Shown here piece by piece: positions 1-13,400 of a stretch of 64,000 nt of DNA. The notes beneath the pieces were generated by a model. It was not told the origin of the DNA and did no database searches. It worked only from the letters and a program-made list of their open reading frames with translations. Numbering within the stretch: the first letter of the stretch is position 1; each line of letters begins with the position of its first letter. Made by a program: the position numbers and the translations under genes. This stretch comes from Eledone cirrhosa (lineage: Eukaryota), in assembly GCA_964016885.1 (NCBI GenBank), contig OZ024754.1, forward strand, positions 434,001 to 498,000. Reading direction: 5' to 3'.

Positions 1-469
1 ACTCCACAACGTCACTATTGATAACAACACTCAATGACGTTCAATAGAATGGTCTATCTTCAAGCCAGGAGTAGGTTACAGACCCTTCCTACAACAATGA
101 ACTTGAAACTGGAATATGTTAGATAAGAATACAACTATTACGGAAACTGTTTTTTACTGATACTTCATCATCCTGGTGAAACAGGAAGGAAAAGGGGGGT
201 GTGGCGCAGGATATTATAGAACCTAACCTTCGGCCTGCTAATGTTGCTGCTGCTACTACTACTACTACTACTACTACATATACTTAGATACACACACAAG
301 CACATATACTAACTATACATACACATCGCCAGAATGAAACACATACAAACATAAGTACTTGTCTGAACGTCAGCAATGATGGCATTGGATTGTTCATTGT
401 CTCCAATAAAATTCCATTGAATCATGGGCCTAAACATGTATAAGTCAATGACTGTAGACATGTATATAA

Positions 470-640
470 TAATTGTTTCTACTTTTGGCACAAGGCCAGC
501 AATTAACCAGTGTATTACAGGTACTTTATTTTATCGACCCCATAAGGATGAAAGGCAAAGTTAACCTCGGCAGGATTTGAACTCAGAATGGCAAGGGCCG
601 TAACTCTTTGCATCAAAGCATGGCGTCCGACCCTCTACAA
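470..640 (-). mobile_element. tRNA-derived SINE with a Deu/Nin-like central domain
   Basis: Reverse complement has B-box GAGTTCAAATC and the conserved GCCTTTCATCCTTAxGGGGTCGATAAAATAAAGTACC. More than 10 copies in the window. Confidence 0.75.
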
Positions 641-810
641 GAGTCGGCTGAAAAGTTCATAGGCTGACTATGAAGAAGTGATGCTAGAGCTGTGAAATCT
701 TGCAGGCATTAATTTCAACTCTTTTTATTAATAACTGCATTGTTTCATAAACCTCATTTGGTCATTTCATGAGTGTATCTTGGTCAGCTTATGAACTTCT
801 ATGAACTATA
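636..810. mobile_element. Tc1/mariner-type MITE (degenerate), at the head end of a SINE copy
   Basis: TIR-like TACAAGAGTCGGCTGAAAAGTTCATAGGCTGAC ... GTCAGCTTATGAACTT. Homologous (inverted) to 25706-25905. Confidence 0.6.
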
Positions 811-861
811 GCCTATCTGGATGGGTTACTCTAAATATAGTTTTTAAAGAATATATATATC

Positions 862-1037
862 ATTGTTTCTACTTTAGGCACAAGGCCAGCAATCACCCAG
901 TGCATTACTGGTACTTTATTTTATCGACCCCGTAAGGATGAAAGGCAAAGGGAACCTCGGCGGGATTTGAACTCAGACCGTAAAGGGACGTAACTATGCT
1001 GGAAAGCATGGCATCCGACTCTCTACCGATACTGCCA
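862..1037 (-). mobile_element. Same tRNA-SINE family
   Basis: Near-identical to 470-640. Confidence 0.75.
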
Positions 1038-1112
1038 TACATGACAAAGGGAATTTTTTTAATTTCTTTCGTTCACAACATTCGTATTTGCTTACCTCTG
1101 TCATTTTATATA

Positions 1113-1560
1113 TATACTAGCAGAGGTACCCGGCGTTGCTCGGATATTAAATAGCAGTTGTGTATACCATTTATGTCAATACTTCAGTGCTGCTTCGAAA
1201 ACTATACTTTTACAAAATCATCGGCTTTTTCCAAAAGGGGGTTCCTGCCCCCAGGGGTCCCCTACCCAATATGTGCCAATTCTGAGAGTTCACATTCATC
1301 TGTAGGACAAGCGTAGCCCATATGTCAAGTTTTGTGAAAATCGGTTGCGAACTCCAGAAGTTATGACGTTTTGTTGCATTGCACTGCAGTGCTTCCGTCG
1401 ACTCCCAGGAAGTGGTTAAAGGGGTTATCTGCCGGGAGGCCCTATAATCAATATCTGTAAAAATGAAAGTGCCCATGACCATCTGGAGTACATAAATAAC
1501 CTATGTCTTAAGTTTGGTGAAAATACTGTAGAAATGCATAAGGTTTATACATACGCGCGT
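1113..1560 (+). mobile_element. Helitron/Helentron-derived non-autonomous element fragment
   Basis: Begins TATACTAGCAGAGGTACCCGGCGTTGCTCGG and has repeated AAGTTTxGTGAAAAT blocks, typical of HINE/DINE-like elements (recall). Confidence 0.5.
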
Positions 1561-3258
1561 GCGTTCGTGTGAGGGGGGGGTATATGTATGTGTATGTACT
1601 GGCCTAAATCTTCACTATTTACTTTTACTATTTTAATAACCTCTGTCATTTTCGTTTTCAATTTTATTTACATCATTCTTAAACTCCGGGGCTGGAAATC
1701 ATTCTGTTATTTTAAATAGAATATTAGTATAACGACTCCATTTATACCATAAACTTGGTCTTGTCTTTGCATGAAATTGTTCTTCACGCTCCACATAACG
1801 ACGTATTATCCTCGCTTTTTTTCCTGTTCATTGCCAGGGAACGTCTTCCTGTTTTCGTTCGGTTGCAACGTTTCTCGAAATATTTACTTCTGCATTCACA
1901 GATTACTCTCAGTTCAATTTGAATGGGAAATTCCTGTTTCATTGATTTTCTTGTAGCTTGAAAGTCGACCCAACGCCTCCTCGGGTCATTCTGCATAACT
2001 GTGTAAATTTACGCTGCATTCCACCAAGCCGTTTCGACGTTTATCCGACTACACCTACATATACAACGTCCGACCTCTTCCAATTTATATAGTAGATTTG
2101 TTTATATATGAATGACAAAAAAAAAAGTACAAAACTATACATGAATTGTTTCTACTAAACCTTCAATTTAAGACACAACCTACATATTTGATAGGATTCC
2201 AGCTCACTTCTTCTTCTCCTCCTCCTCCTCCTCCTGGAACATTGGGCTGTGAGCCACCCCCACACAACGCCATGTTCTGAGTCTGCTTTTCAACTCCACC
2301 GTGATGCACGGTGCGTCATGGTGTATCTAACCATTTTTATAGGTCTTACTATGGGATTTTACTGCTTTATTTGTATGAAATTGTAAATAAGACAAAAGTA
2401 TTAGAACAGGGGGAAATAACTCACCGAACGCGATAGTTTTGAGGCCCCAGGGGCCACATCTTTCAAGTTTACACTTTTTACATAGGTGTGTAAATTTTCA
2501 TGTCAGTCCGACCACGTCTACTACCATTTAACCGTGCACATCTGAATTTCAACCACCACCCATTTCACAAATATATATTAGATATATAGGAAAATGTTCA
2601 AGACCCCGACGGGAGAGCTCAAGCCGTTTTGACGGCTATTTCTGGACTAAATTAGATTTTTAGCGTGGTAATAAATAGCCGAACGTTTCAAGGGGTAATT
2701 CCATATATGGGCATTTGATAATCATGCATTTCTGAAGGTTGTAGTTGTCAAAAGGATTGGTCAAAATTTCTTGTAAACACAATTAAATCTTTCATGGCGG
2801 TGGGTGGGGAGTGGCTGAACTTGCCTGTAGAACAATGAGGGAGTGGGTGACAGCAAATTCTAAGAAGTGTCAATGAATTAGGATGACAAATTTTCATTTC
2901 TGACCAATACACATTTTAAAACGTGCCTACATGTGCGTACACACACCACACACCCAAATCCTTCATTGCTCGAACGCTCACGTAAATACGCACATGAATA
3001 CTGGTCAATACACACCCGCAATGCCGCCCCATCAATTTCAGATCAAGTCAATGTACAACTGACCAGTGACCACTTCAACAACACAATCTCAGTAAAATAG
3101 AAATGTACTTAACAATACCATCCACGTTTAGAGAATGTAAAAAAAAAAAAAAAAATCTGAGAATTAGATTCCATAAAGTTTATTTGAAAAAAAAAACCAA
3201 CTATTTATATATATTTTTAAAAATCGAGGAAACTTGCAGCTAACATGGCCAGCATTTC

Positions 3259-3371
3259 TGGTAGAGTTACCCTAGCTGAGTAAATGAGGCATCTTTTGCC
3301 ACTTTCACCCAACCAGTGGTAGAGTTACCCTAGCTGAGTAAATGAGGCATCTTTTGCCACTTTCACCCAAC
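3259..3371. repeat. Tandem duplication (58-bp period) in the NDUFB11 3' UTR
   Basis: TGGTAGAGTTACCCTAGCTGAG...TTTCACCCAAC occurs twice. Confidence 0.85.
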
Positions 3372-3405
3372 ACACTCTCACCATCTACATCTCTGTTGGC
3401 CAAAG

Positions 3406-6358
3406 TTAAATGATAATTTCCTCAGTTATTTCATCATCTGGTGGCAGTTCTATATTCTCAGGTGGTATGAGGTCTGGTGTTATTAACTGAAGATCTTCAC
3501 GTTCCCTACGGTCAAGTTCTAAGTATGCTTCACGTAGTGACCACTCTGTCAACCTAAAAACAAACAAAACACAACAGTATAGTGGTCAAACAGGAGATAG
3601 AGGCGGATTAAATTGTTGCAATGGGAGGAAAGGAGAATCAAGTATGATAGTGAGAGAGGGAGAAAGAAGAAGAGGGTGAAAGTGAAGGGAGAGAGACTAA
3701 GAGGAGAGTTCATTTAAATCTATAGGTGACACTGATTCATTTGTAAATGCTCTAGTCAGAAGGGAAAGCCAGTATGTGTGAGTTTTTACAAGTCCTTCAT
3801 GTCTGGTGAGGGAAGAGAGGAAGATTTGGGTTGAATATTCACAGTAGAATGGACTAAAAGCCTCCAAGGACCTGATGGAGATATTAAACAAGGTTGGGTG
3901 TTAGGTTGTTTTTTTTTTTAATGGCTTAGAGGTCGATAGATAGCCCCTATGATCTTATTCAGATCCCTTGAGACTGATGCAAAGAAGGAAAAAAGTTATC
4001 ACATCAGAGATGTAACCCAAGTGTTTGCAGCAGAGTAAAGTCTAGTAAAGATAGTTGCATGGAGCCTGTAGCTGGATGCACTTCCTTACCAAACTTACAG
4101 AGTGTATTGAATATGTTTATCATGTAGACCACCAACATGAGAGAGGTTGTCATAGCCTTGACAAAACTAAATAGTCCTCTCTATTCTGTTTTTTTGGGGC
4201 ATGATCTTTACAGCTGGATATTCTTCCTATCAGCAACCCCATAATTTAATATATGTGTAGGTCTTGACATGAAGATTGCAGAAACAAAGACAAAAAAATA
4301 AATAAATCCACAAATAAAACAATAAATAAGAAGTTTTTAAAATGTAAATTACCTGCGGTCAGGTAGATATGCCAGTATGAAGGAGCCACACACAACACAC
4401 AATGTTATCGAGAGAAACATTGTCATATTATGGATAAAGCGATCCTTGTCTTTATCGACATCATCATAACCATAGCTTAACCAGTTCTGCAAAAATAAAA
4501 TGGCTTTTTATAAGAAATATTTTATTACAACAAATATCGATTCAGTTTCAGGTAAATTAAAGGTAAAAATCGATCTGTAGACGGTATTTGGACTGCATAT
4601 ATATTTGTATGGGAGCCTCCCAAAAGTCAGTTCAAAAGTAACACAGAGGAGACTGAGGTTAGCTGGACATGCTCACCGACATCCAGAGTTGACATTGCAC
4701 TCAGTGCTCTTGTGGGAGCCCCTGCATGGACACACTAGAAGAGGAAGACCAAGGTTAACGTATGTTGATGCCCTAAGGACAGACACTGGTCTGTTGGAGA
4801 CGCAGGACATGGCAGCGATAATGAGGGACAGAGACTGCTGGAGAGAACTCGTCCATGGATCTCGGGAATTTTACCCGCCCTAGATATATTTATACTAAAG
4901 ATGTATATTAACACACATGATGTGGTTGTGTGTGTTTAAAGATGTATATTAACACACATGATGTGGTTGTGTGTGTTTAAAGATGTATATTAACACACAT
5001 GATGTGGTTGTGTGTGTTTAAAGATGTATATTAACACACATGATGTGGTTGTGTGTGTTTAAAGATGTATATTAACACACATGATGTGGTTGTGTGTGTT
5101 TAAAGATGTATATTAACACACATGATGTGGTTGTGTGTGTTTAAAGATGTATATTAACACACATGATGTGGTTGTGTGTGTTTAAAGATGTATATTAACA
5201 CACATGATGTGGTTGTGTGTTTAAAGCAAATTAATGAACTAAAAAAAAATACAATCCAAGGGAGACAACTAATGTATAACGATTTCTAATTTTAGCAAAA
5301 AGCCATCAATTTGGGTAAGAAATGAGTAAAGAAAGAAGGAGAATGTAACAAATGTCGAATCTGAGTCTTTTTATAACCGACAGAAAATAGAATGCAGTGG
5401 TAAATGTACAGAACTGAAAGAGGGTTCTTCTTTAGTTCCTGTGGCTCACTGTGAAACATTGGTCAATGAGAGAGCTTCATTCTACATAGCTACCACCTCA
5501 AGCCAGGCCTTTCTAAACAGGATTTAACAGGTCTGCTTCGCTTCCTTCTGGCTTGAGGGAGATTCTATGAACATGGGGTTAGAATGTCTCAGGAAAGAAT
5601 CGTTGGACAGATTTTCCGGGCAAAACGAACAGGGAGGAGACCCCGAGCAAGATGGTTGGATAACCAGTTTGGCTGGTCTCACTTGGGGATCCAGTCGGGT
5701 CAGTTGCTTCTCACAGAACCCCTGGAAGGTGTGTTTGAGGCCCCACACGGCCCTCTCAGGAATAAGTGGACAAAGAAGAGTTGCGACATCCATGCCTTTT
5801 CCAAGGGCATTCAAAGATTAAATGAAATAAAACTCATTGGAGTATGTTGCATATTTTTTTGATTTAGCATTAACATTTAAATCAATTAATTAAAAATGAT
5901 TGCGAATCAAAGAATGAGACTTGTACGCGATCGCTCGAGCTGCTAGAAATAATAGCGAAATCGCTCAAATTTTATTCGACCGTCCTATAAATAAATTTTT
6001 AAAAAGGCGCCGTTGATAAAATATAGTCCCTGATAAACAAATGGATATAGAGGAAGATGATGGCTGATCTGGGGCTAAACAACAGCCATATTACAGGTGT
6101 ATAGACACACAGGCCACTGTAAACATTGGCAAGGACATGTCTTACCTTATCTTCATTCGGGTCGAGATTTTCGAAATGTTTCTCGAGTTCCTTTTGCTGA
6201 GACGTTTTTTCTCTTATCATAGGATCCAAAGATGCTATGACATCTTTATTTTTAGGGGAAGTCGATATAAATGCAGCCGACAAGGGAAGATGATGACCTG
6301 ATCGTATTTTAGTTAGAGGTCGAATTAACCTCGTCGACAGCCGTAACAAAGCCGCCAT
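3406..6358 (-). CDS. NDUFB11: NADH dehydrogenase (ubiquinone) 1 beta subcomplex subunit 11 (ESSS), 3 coding exons, 164 aa
   Basis: Exons 6358-6146, 4486-4353, 3553-3406, all GT-AG with matching phases. Translation: basic mitochondrial presequence MAALLRLSTRLIRPL, then NWLSYGYDDVDKDKDR, a transmembrane segment (MFLSITLCVVCGSFILAYLPDR), then RLTEWSLREAYLELDRRE...PENIELP. This matches the ESSS family pattern from recall. Confidence 0.93.
4605..4883 (+). mobile_element. 3' end of an RTE-clade LINE ORF, antisense in NDUFB11 intron 1
   Basis: RRLRLAGHAHRH...LLWEP.HG...RGRPRLTY...DRDCWR is the typical RTE C-terminus. Confidence 0.8.
4897..5226. repeat. 41-bp minisatellite, ~8 copies
   Basis: Unit TAAAGATGTATATTAACACACATGATGTGGTTGTGTGTGTT. 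Confidence 0.95.
5580..5780. repeat. Interspersed repeat family (GAATGTCTCAGGAAAGAATCG...CCCTCTCAGGAATAAGTGG)
   Basis: Related copies at ~22890-23140, 27150-27240 (inverted), 36450-36680 (inverted), 51005-51200. Confidence 0.6.
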
Positions 6359-6361
6359 CTT
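6351..6361. promoter_or_regulatory. YY1-type motif GCCGCCATCTT overlapping the NDUFB11 start codon, in the probable NDUFB11/ATRIP bidirectional promoter region
   Basis: Exact YY1 consensus at the ATG; the two genes are divergent. The ATRIP transcription start is not determined. Confidence 0.4.
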
Positions 6362-7026
6362 TCACTTATCTTCCCCCAACGAGTTTTACGGACAAAACGT
6401 AATTTGTTGTTTTAGTTGGTTATTTTATGTTAAGAAGAAAATATATTAATATTAAAATAAAATAATATATTAAAATAAAACAATTATTTTTATGTGTTTC
6501 ATAAGATTATATTTACCATGAATACAATATTTATTATTTTTCTTTTTAAATTAACTTCATCCTAACCATTTTTAACAGTTGCCAGCTTGATTGATTTAGT
6601 TTACCTTCTGCCGTGGAAATTGTTTCAAGTTTGCTGCTTTTAAGCAATAATGGTTCGTATCTGATAAACAAAATATGATAAATATTCGATAAACTTGTTT
6701 TGGGGACATACTTTTCGCTGATATATTCCGAAAATGTTGTCCAAATTCTGTAAACGAGAGACAACAATAACAATTTATTTCCTTTAATATTTACTTTTCT
6801 TTCATGTTTTCTACATTTTCTGTTTCAATAAGATTCTCTTGTTTACAAATATAGCTTCTGCCCGACAATTATCCTGCTATAACTCTGAGCAGGATATATA
6901 TATATATATAATGTTGATCCCTAGTTGAGTCGGGGAGTAACCACAGTAAATAAGGTACTCAAATACTTGATGATTTTATACGAATGAAACAGTTCTAGTC
7001 CCGTAGAAGCCTTTACTATATACTCC

Positions 7027-7062
<36 letters not shown>

Positions 7063-7146
7063 CTATATATATGTGTATAGTACGACCGGTTCTGTTTTCG
7101 CATTTATCTCTTGGAAATAAATGTGATCATTCTTTGTAACACACAT

Positions 7147-7933
7147 CACTAATTAGTCTCTAGTTGTTAATCAGGTGTAACAGAATCAATGATATCCTCA
7201 CTAATTAGTCTCTAGTTGTTAATCAGGTGTAACAGAATCAATGATATCCTCACTAATTAGTCTCTAGTTGTTAATCAGGTGTAACAGAATCAATGATGTC
7301 CTCACTAATTAGTCTCTAGTTGTTAATCAGGTGTAACAGAATCAATGATGTCCTCACTAATTAGTCTCTAGTTGTTAATCAGGTGTAACAGAATCAATGA
7401 TGTCCTCACTAATTAGTCTCTAGTTGTTAATCAGGTGTAACAGAATCAATGATGTCCTCACTAATTAGTCTCTAGTTGTTAATCAGGTGTAACAGAATCA
7501 ATGATGTCTTCACTAATTAGTCTCTAGTTGTTAATCAGGTGTAACAGAATCAATGATGTCTTCACTAATTAGTCTCTAGTTGTTAATCAGGTGTAACAGA
7601 ATCAATGATATCCTCACTAATTAGTCTCTAGTTGTTAATCAGGTGTAACAGAATCAATGATGTCCTCACTAATTAGTCTCTAGTTGTTAATCAGGTGTAA
7701 CAGAATCAATGATATCCTCACTAATTAGTCTCTAGTTGTTAATCAGGTGTAACAGAATCAATGATATCCTCACTAATTAGTCTCTAGTTGTTAATCAGGT
7801 GTAACAGAATCAATGATATCCTCACTAATTAGTCTCTAGTTGTTAATCAGGTGTAACAGAATCAATGATATCCTCACTAATTAGTCTAGTTGTTAATCAG
7901 GTGTAACAGAATCAATGATGTCTTCACTAATTA
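7147..7933. repeat. 52-bp minisatellite, ~15 copies
   Basis: Unit CACTAATTAGTCTCTAGTTGTTAATCAGGTGTAACAGAATCAATGATRTCCT. Confidence 0.95.
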
Positions 7934-8291
7934 TATTGTGACAATCTCACTTTTCCTAACACAGTGTTATCTATGACTACATTATTTAATAGTTCGTCTT
8001 CAAGACAGACACTAGTGTAATTTGAGAGAGATTTGACTGCTATTTCTAACAAGACGAGTCACCCTATTACAGTGTCTTGTTGATGTCCCCTGATAGTTCT
8101 CGAGAGAAACATTTTGGTCCATTATTAATTGCTGGTTTCTACCAGGAACACATTTAATCTCAGATCTTTGGGCTTTATATGTAGGAGTCAGATATTTGGG
8201 TTATATTTGTAGGGGTCAGATTTGGGGTTTTATTTGTAGGGGTCAGAAAAATGAAATCAAATGTGTGCCTACTAGAATAAAGCAATTAATA

Positions 8292-8718
8292 ATCACCACA
8301 TTGATTCCTCAGGAATGATTTGGAAGAGGGCATCAACACCACAACATCACCACATTGGTTCCTCAGGAATGATTGGGGAGAGGGCATCAACACCACAACA
8401 TCATCACATTGGTTCCTCAGGAATGATTGGGGAGAGGGCATCAACACCACAACATCACCACATTGGTTCCTCAGGAATGATTGGGGAGAAGGCATCAACA
8501 CCACAACATCACCACATTGGTTCCTCAGGAATGATTGGGGAGAGCATTAACACCACAACATCACCACATTGGTTCCTCAGGAATGATTGGGGAGAGCATT
8601 AACACCACAACATCACCACATTGGTTCCTCAGGAATGATTGGGGAGAGCATTAACACCACAACATCACCACATTGGTTCCTCAGGAATGATTGGGGAGGG
8701 CATCAACACCACAACATC
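8292..8718. repeat. ~60-bp minisatellite, ~7 copies
   Basis: Unit ATCACCACATTGGTTCCTCAGGAATGATTGGGGAGAGGGCATCAACACCACAAC. Confidence 0.95.
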
Positions 8719-8941
8719 GTCTAATTACTTTCTTTTCTTTTCTTTACAGCTTAAAATAAGATTCAAGTGTAAAATCTGTTAATGCCTGAAAGGTGGTTGA
8801 GTGCACCTGGAAGAAATCTCTGAGATCGGAGGGGGTCTATGATGTTGGGGTAATTATCATCGCTCTATGATATGCCATGTTTTTTCATCTAGAATTGTTC
8901 TATATATATATATATACACCCATATTCTATATACACCTGTC

Positions 8942-8989
<48 letters not shown>

Positions 8990-9083
8990 TATATACATAC
9001 ACATTCTATATACACCTGTTCTCTCTCTCTCTCTATATATATATATACTATATACATACATATTCTATATACACCTGTTCTCC

Positions 9084-9119
<36 letters not shown>

Positions 9120-9473
9120 TCTATATATATATATATTCTATATACACCTGTTCTCCCTCTCTCTATATATATTCTATATACACCTGTTCTCATATATATG
9201 AAAAGAGTCAGGAGCCCGACGTCTGAGCTCCGTCCATTTCTACAGCTACATATAGAACAGATTGAGTACTCTGGTTCGTTATGGTCCACCTGGCTCCTTT
9301 CCACAGCCTCATATATATATATATGTACATACAGGGTGTATTTAAAAGAATCACCAGACATATTCACTCGAGTATGGGGCAAGTGTGACCATCATGTAGA
9401 GATATATATTGTGGCTCCTAAGGAGGTCATATTGAACTTTTGTAAACATTGTCAATAAAACTTTATATCCAGA

Positions 9474-9776
9474 CAATCGAAAGGTTGTGAGTTCAATTCT
9501 CAGACCGGGTGATATGTTGTTTCCTTGAGCAAGACACTTTATTTCACATTGCTCCAGTTTACTCAGCTGTAGAAATGAGATGATAGGGACTGGGGTCCCT
9601 ATCATTCCACTGCAAAGTGGTCGTGGAGGTGCCACGTCAAAAAAAGCACCCAGCACTCACTGTAAATGAGGTTGGTGTTAGGAAGGGCATCCAGCTGTAG
9701 AAATCAAGCCAGAATCAGTTCCTGTCCCACCCTTGCAAGCAGGGAAAAGTGGACATAAAATGAAATGATGATGATA
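9474..9776 (+). mobile_element. Second tRNA-derived SINE family with a GGTGTTAGGAAGGGCATCCAGC core and (GAT)n tail
   Basis: B-box GAGTTCAATTC. Related copies at ~10160-10310, 10975-11160 (-), 13110-13300, 22450-22735, 35320-35585. Confidence 0.65.
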
Positions 9777-10420
9777 TATATCCAGACATGTATTGTACAA
9801 TTTATCACATGTTTATATCCTTGCAAGCAGGGAAAAGCGGACGTAAAATGATGATGATGATGACATATGTTGTACAATTTACCACATGGTTATATCCTGA
9901 CATATATTGTACAATTTACCACATGTTATGTGTTTATATCCAGGCATTTATTGTACATGTTACCACATGGTTATATGTTTATATCCAGGCATGTATTGTA
10001 CATGTAGCTTTTGAAATTAGATGATTTTCTTTGCTACAGCCTGTTTACAGGTAAGGAAGATGTTCCCTTGTTATAAACTAATTCACTCACATCATATCAA
10101 CTAAACTCAGCTCATCTTGTAAAAATAATTATTTATAACTATAATGTCTATAATGCAATGGCATTAGGAAGGGCATCCAGCCATAGAAACCAAGCCAGAA
10201 ACAGTTCTATATGAGCAAGACATGGTTACCTGACCCAACTTGCCTCTAATGGGACAACCCGTCTAACCCATGCTAGCTTGGAAAGTGGACATTAAACGAT
10301 GATGATGATTTCTAATGGTTTTTCTTCTGTTTTTCATTCTTATAGTGTTTTTCTTGTAGGTTTACTTGTTCACCACCTGTCCAGTGTGTTTTGATTTCCC
10401 TCAGCCTCCTCTCAACTTAG

Positions 10421-13400
10421 ATGGCTGAGCCTCCTGTCCTACCCAATCCAAAACGTAAATTTTGCTACAAAAGCACAGAGTTAAACACATCTAGCAATAA
10501 TAAGAGAAGGAAGAATTCAGATGAAACTAAAAATGATTTTGAAGATGACTGGGATGGAGACCTGACCCTTACACAACAAGAACTAAGTGACATTGATAAT
10601 GCTGCTTCTAATGCTTACACAGCAAAAGCTGGACAGAGTTCTTCAGTGAAGCCTGATAGGGGACAATCTTCTAAAATTACTACAAGAGTTGAGGCTCCTG
10701 CAGTTTTTCCAGGACCTCATATACAGTTTCCATATCCAAAGCTCATCCAGCGTTCTTCTTCAGCTTCCAGCTCTTCTTCAACATTTCCAGTCTCTTCAAC
10801 AACCAGCTATGAATCCGCTAACTCAAGCCATGGCTCAACAAGCAGTTCTAGTTTGCACAAGCCAAGAAGTAGTAGTTCTAACAGTGATACAACACTTGAT
10901 CAAAAGTCTATTGAAGAGCTTCAACATTTAAGAAGAGAAAATAAAAAGGTATATTTTAATGTATTTTAAGCATCATCATCATCATTTTACATCCATTTTC
11001 CATGTCAGCATGGGTATGATGGGTAGTTGTGGTCCAAGACCAGGCAGGTCAGAGCAATCACCTCTTGATTCCATATTTAGCATGAGTTCTATGGCCGGAT
11101 GCCCTTCCTAACACCAATCACCTTACATGTTATATTGAGTGCACGTTTTCATGGCACTAACACTAACACGTTACAGGGTGTACTGGGTGCAATTTATCGT
11201 GGAACCAGCACAAGAGAGGTTTTCACATGTTCATCTTAAACCGAAAGATCCTCTCAAACTCTATACTGTAGCTTGGTTCATTGCCACAGCGCTTACCTAA
11301 GCCTGGAAATGGGACAAGCAGAACCTTTGTTGAAGCTTACTAAATGTATTGTGTCTGTGTTTTGAGTTGGTTGTCTTAATATGTTGCTCCACCACCCGGC
11401 TCTTGGGTGTCTTTATAGAAATTCACTCTATTCAAACATTTGGGCAGTTTCTCTAGTTTCTGCCTCTCTCACCAGTCTCAGAGACCTTCCTAAAATGTAA
11501 TGGGTCATACACACTGCTCTTCGTCTTTTGATGAAGCCATTAAAAAAAGTGTGTGGGCAGCAGGTATTAGTGTTAAAACGTTTCAACCATGCACAATTTA
11601 ATTTGAAAAAAAAATTTTTTATTTTTCTTCTCACCATTACTTTTCAGTATAATGCTTTAAAACAGAATTTATACCAGAAAGAAGGAGAAATTAAAATTCT
11701 TCGGGAAGACCTACAGAGAGAGAAAGAAAAATTATCACAATTCCATCAAGAAAAAATTCAGCAAGAATTTCGAGAGAAAAACGAAAATGAGAAATATTTC
11801 AAGTCTGAGATTGAACGTTTAAATGTTGTATTACAGTTTAAAGAACAGGAGATTGTGCATTTGAAAGATTCATTACTTAATGTTAAAAGCACCATTGTTA
11901 GTAATGCTACTACATCTCAAGCAGCAACTACAAGTGGCTTTCATTCTGGTAGTTCTAAAATACGACGGGTCTTAGTAGAGAAATCTTCTCCACAGAAAAA
12001 GGTTCCATCAGATGATTCCATCCTCTGTGCTGATAGTATTGGTCCAAAAGGAAATGGTAATATTTCCATAAGTCCTCAAAAGAGCAGTAAGTAAAATGTT
12101 TTATCATTTATTTGGTGCAGAGTATTTTTATCTTAGAACTTTTCTGGTTAGAGTTGTGGGCTTCTTCTTAGTACCATTTAATAGTAAAATAACTTTTAAA
12201 TTAATTGAAATTATAACCTAATGAAAAAAGTCATTATCATTAATTAAAATTATTCTCAGAAAAGTAAATAGAGATATGTAGGGAGTCGGGTCTGTATACA
12301 AATTTTTACATATTTTTGTTTCTTTTCTCTTATTTAGTTTCAGAAAGTGTGTGTAGTACGTACAGCACTAAAAGAAGAAAAGTCTTAAATGTACATGTAC
12401 ATCATGGTGAGTGGTATATATCTGTTTATTTAGACATGCTATCTATATATCTGTTTATTTAGACATGCTATCTATATATCTGTTTATTTAGACATGCTAT
12501 CTATATATCTGTTTATTTAGACATGCTATCTATATATCTGTTTATTTAGGCATGCTATCTATATATCTGTTTATTTAGGCATCCTATCTATATATCTGTT
12601 TATTTAGACATCCTATCTATATATCTGTTTATTTAGACATCCTATCTATATATCTGTTTATTTAGATATACTATCTCTATATTGTAAAGGATTATGCCTG
12701 TTACTAGTTTACAAATACATGGTCTTAAGTTGCTTCTGTACATTGTTCTGTTTCCTGACAGGAAAACTTACTGGTTCACAGCTAACATCAAAATTGGTAC
12801 AAGACACTTTCAATGACACACATACCATGTCATGTTGCTTTAATAGTGGCATTATACAATTACTTCAGCTTCATTCAACCCAAGATTTTGCTGGTCTAAA
12901 GTTCTCCCGAGATTCTACAAGTTTTCTTCTAAAGCAAAAATCGAAATGGTATGTGGTGTAAGATCTTTTTCCACTTTTTTTACGGAAGCTGGTGAAAATA
13001 CAGTTGGTTTTATTTTTAATTTTATTTAATTGACTAAATTGTATTTTGTTTTTGTTGTGTTTTGGAGCTAGTTTGTTTGTTGTATTTAGTTGTTGACCCG
13101 AGGCTTGTCATCATCGTTTTTATGTTCATTTTTCCATGCTTGCATAAGCTGGACTGTCCTTTTCAGCACAGCATCTCCCCACTCACCACCTTCATTCGAT
13201 CGAACCTCAGATTGTAACAACCTATCTAACCCATGCAAGTATGAAACATAGAAGTAAAACAGTGGTTTGTGTTAGGAAGGACATCCAGCCATAGAAACCA
13301 TACAAAAAGGGAACACATGAGCAAGATAGTCATCTGACCTGCTTGTCTAGCCTCAGAGTATGATAACTTATTTAATCTATGTATGGAAAATAGATGTTTA

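Noticed and set aside
309-1996. Possible minus-strand gene start (ATGACAGAG|GTAAG at ~1091-1104; ORFs 309-491 and 1784-1996)
   Set aside because: The candidate exons do not join in an open frame and no homology is recognisable.
8286-9458. Repeat-containing ORFs in the track
   Set aside because: They are translations of a 60-bp minisatellite and TA/CT microsatellites.
10949-10960. U12-type intron donor in ATRIP (GTATATTTT)
   Set aside because: It does not match GTATCCTT, and there is no clear TCCTTAAC branch site before the 11647 acceptor.
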